Below, piece by piece: positions 63,258 through 64,000 of a stretch of DNA of 64,000 nt. The notes beneath the pieces were generated by a model. That model searched no databases, was not told the DNA's origin, and saw only the letters and a program-made list of their open reading frames with translations. Made by a program: the position numbers and the translations under genes. This DNA is from Vicinamibacterales bacterium (GTDB lineage Bacteria > Acidobacteriota > Vicinamibacteria > Vicinamibacterales > UBA8438): positions 1,364,078 to 1,428,077 of the forward strand of contig OZ242323.1 in the NCBI GenBank assembly GCA_965208165.1, written 5' to 3'. How positions within the stretch are numbered: the first letter of the stretch is position 1; every line of letters begins with the position of its first letter.

Positions 63258-64000
63258 ATGCGTTCGTCGCCGACTCCGGGTTTTCGCCTTGGCGGGGCTG
63301 TGGTCGTGATGCTGACCGCCTGCTCCGCCGCGGCGGGTGGGCAGACCTCTGGAGGCGGAGAGCAGGCGCGCCTCCGCGTCGAGGTCCGCTACGCCGCCGG
63401 TCTCCACGACGGCCCCCTCACCGGCCGCCTCTTCCTGGCCCTGGCCCCGACCGCGGAGCCCGAGCCGCGCATCGCCGCCTACAACTCGGCGAGGCAGCGC
63501 GACGGGCGCGTGCCGTTCTTCGCGGCCGACGTGGCCGGCGTCGACCCGGGCGAGGCGATGGTCATCGACGCCGCCGCCGACGGCTATCCCTACGCACGCC
63601 TGGGCGAGCTGCCGCCGGGCGAGTACTGGCTGCAGGCGCTGATCCACGTTTACGCCGAGTTCCGCCGGCAGGACGGCCACGTCATCCGGGCGCCCCAGGA
63701 TCAGTGGGAAGGGCAGCGGTGGGCGTTCTCGCCGGGCAACCTCGTCAGCGCCCCGCGGCGGGTCCGCGTGGACCCCGCTTCGGACGAGCCGATTCGCCTC
63801 GAGCTGGCGGACGTCATCCCACCCGTCGAGGTGCCCCCGGACACCGAGTGGGTCAGGCGCGTGAAGATCCGGAGCCGCATCCTCAGCGAGTGGTGGGGGC
63901 ACCCGATGTACCTGGGGGCGGTCGTCCTGCTGCCCCGGGGCTACGACGACGATTCCGACCTGCGCTACCCCGTCGTCTTCGAGGCCGACCACTTCCGGCT
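63258..64000 (+). CDS. hypothetical lipoprotein, 3' end outside window (possible esterase-like C-terminal region)
   Basis: GGGGAG RBS; lipobox VVVMLTACS; long open frame to the window end (...HPMYLGAVVLLPRGYDDDSDLRYPVVFEADHFR...). Not in the ORF track because it lacks a stop. Confidence 0.6.
   Translation, partial: MRSSPTPGFRLGGAVVVMLTACSAAAGGQTSGGGEQARLRVEVRYAAGLHDGPLTGRLFLALAPTAEPEPRIAAYNSARQRDGRVPFFAADVAGVDPGEAMVIDAAADGYPYARLGELPPGEYWLQALIHVYAEFRRQDGHVIRAPQDQWEGQRWAFSPGNLVSAPRRVRVDPASDEPIRLELADVIPPVEVPPDTEWVRRVKIRSRILSEWWGHPMYLGAVVLLPRGYDDDSDLRYPVVFEADHFR

Overview
This is a 64 kb, roughly 70% GC chromosomal segment with very dense coding and many spurious opposite-strand ORFs. Gene content points to a Gemmatimonadota/Acidobacteriota-like soil bacterium: DUF1592/DUF1552 pairs, a remnant of an ADOP-type FtsX permease, three PQQ quinoproteins, DUF3604, DUF5916, and a Ser/Thr kinase fused to a TolB-like propeller. 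The recognisable blocks are listed below.

- **Toxin-antitoxin island:** two Phd-VapC pairs, a VOC gene and a class-II Fic protein in one orientation.
- **Nitrile hydratase operon:** a Co-type nthA-nthB-accessory cluster with a neighbouring HigA-like regulator.
- **Sugar catabolism cluster:** two Gfo/Idh/MocA oxidoreductases, a DUF1080 3-keto-disaccharide hydrolase, an SSS transporter and a TIM-barrel isomerase. A 1.3 kb low-GC insert sits inside it, encoding an EEP nuclease/phosphatase and a small unknown protein translationally coupled to the downstream oxidoreductase.
- **Three paralogous small proteins:** each has an N-terminal transmembrane helix followed by a coiled coil.

The most unusual signal is mobile and repeat DNA rather than a known defence system.

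- **Intact IS:** an ISKra4-family element with a DUF4338-like passenger gene splits a cyclase gene cleanly, with 15-bp inverted repeats and a 9-bp target duplication.
- **112-bp MITE-like element:** it has CTAGTGTC...GACACTAG termini and occurs in three copies. Two copies sit in inverted orientation around a tiny membrane-protein ORF, and the whole cassette is inserted at the 3' end of a large secreted protein gene whose last ~85 bp are duplicated on either side.
- **Short tandem duplications and decayed genes:** units of 14 bp, 21 bp x10, 17 bp x4, ~69 bp x2, 75 bp x5, ~82 bp x2, 95 bp x2, ~102 bp x2 and 134 bp. Several duplicate gene 3' termini including the stop codon, and several genes carry frameshifts or are remnants.

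No rRNA, tRNA or CRISPR array was seen.
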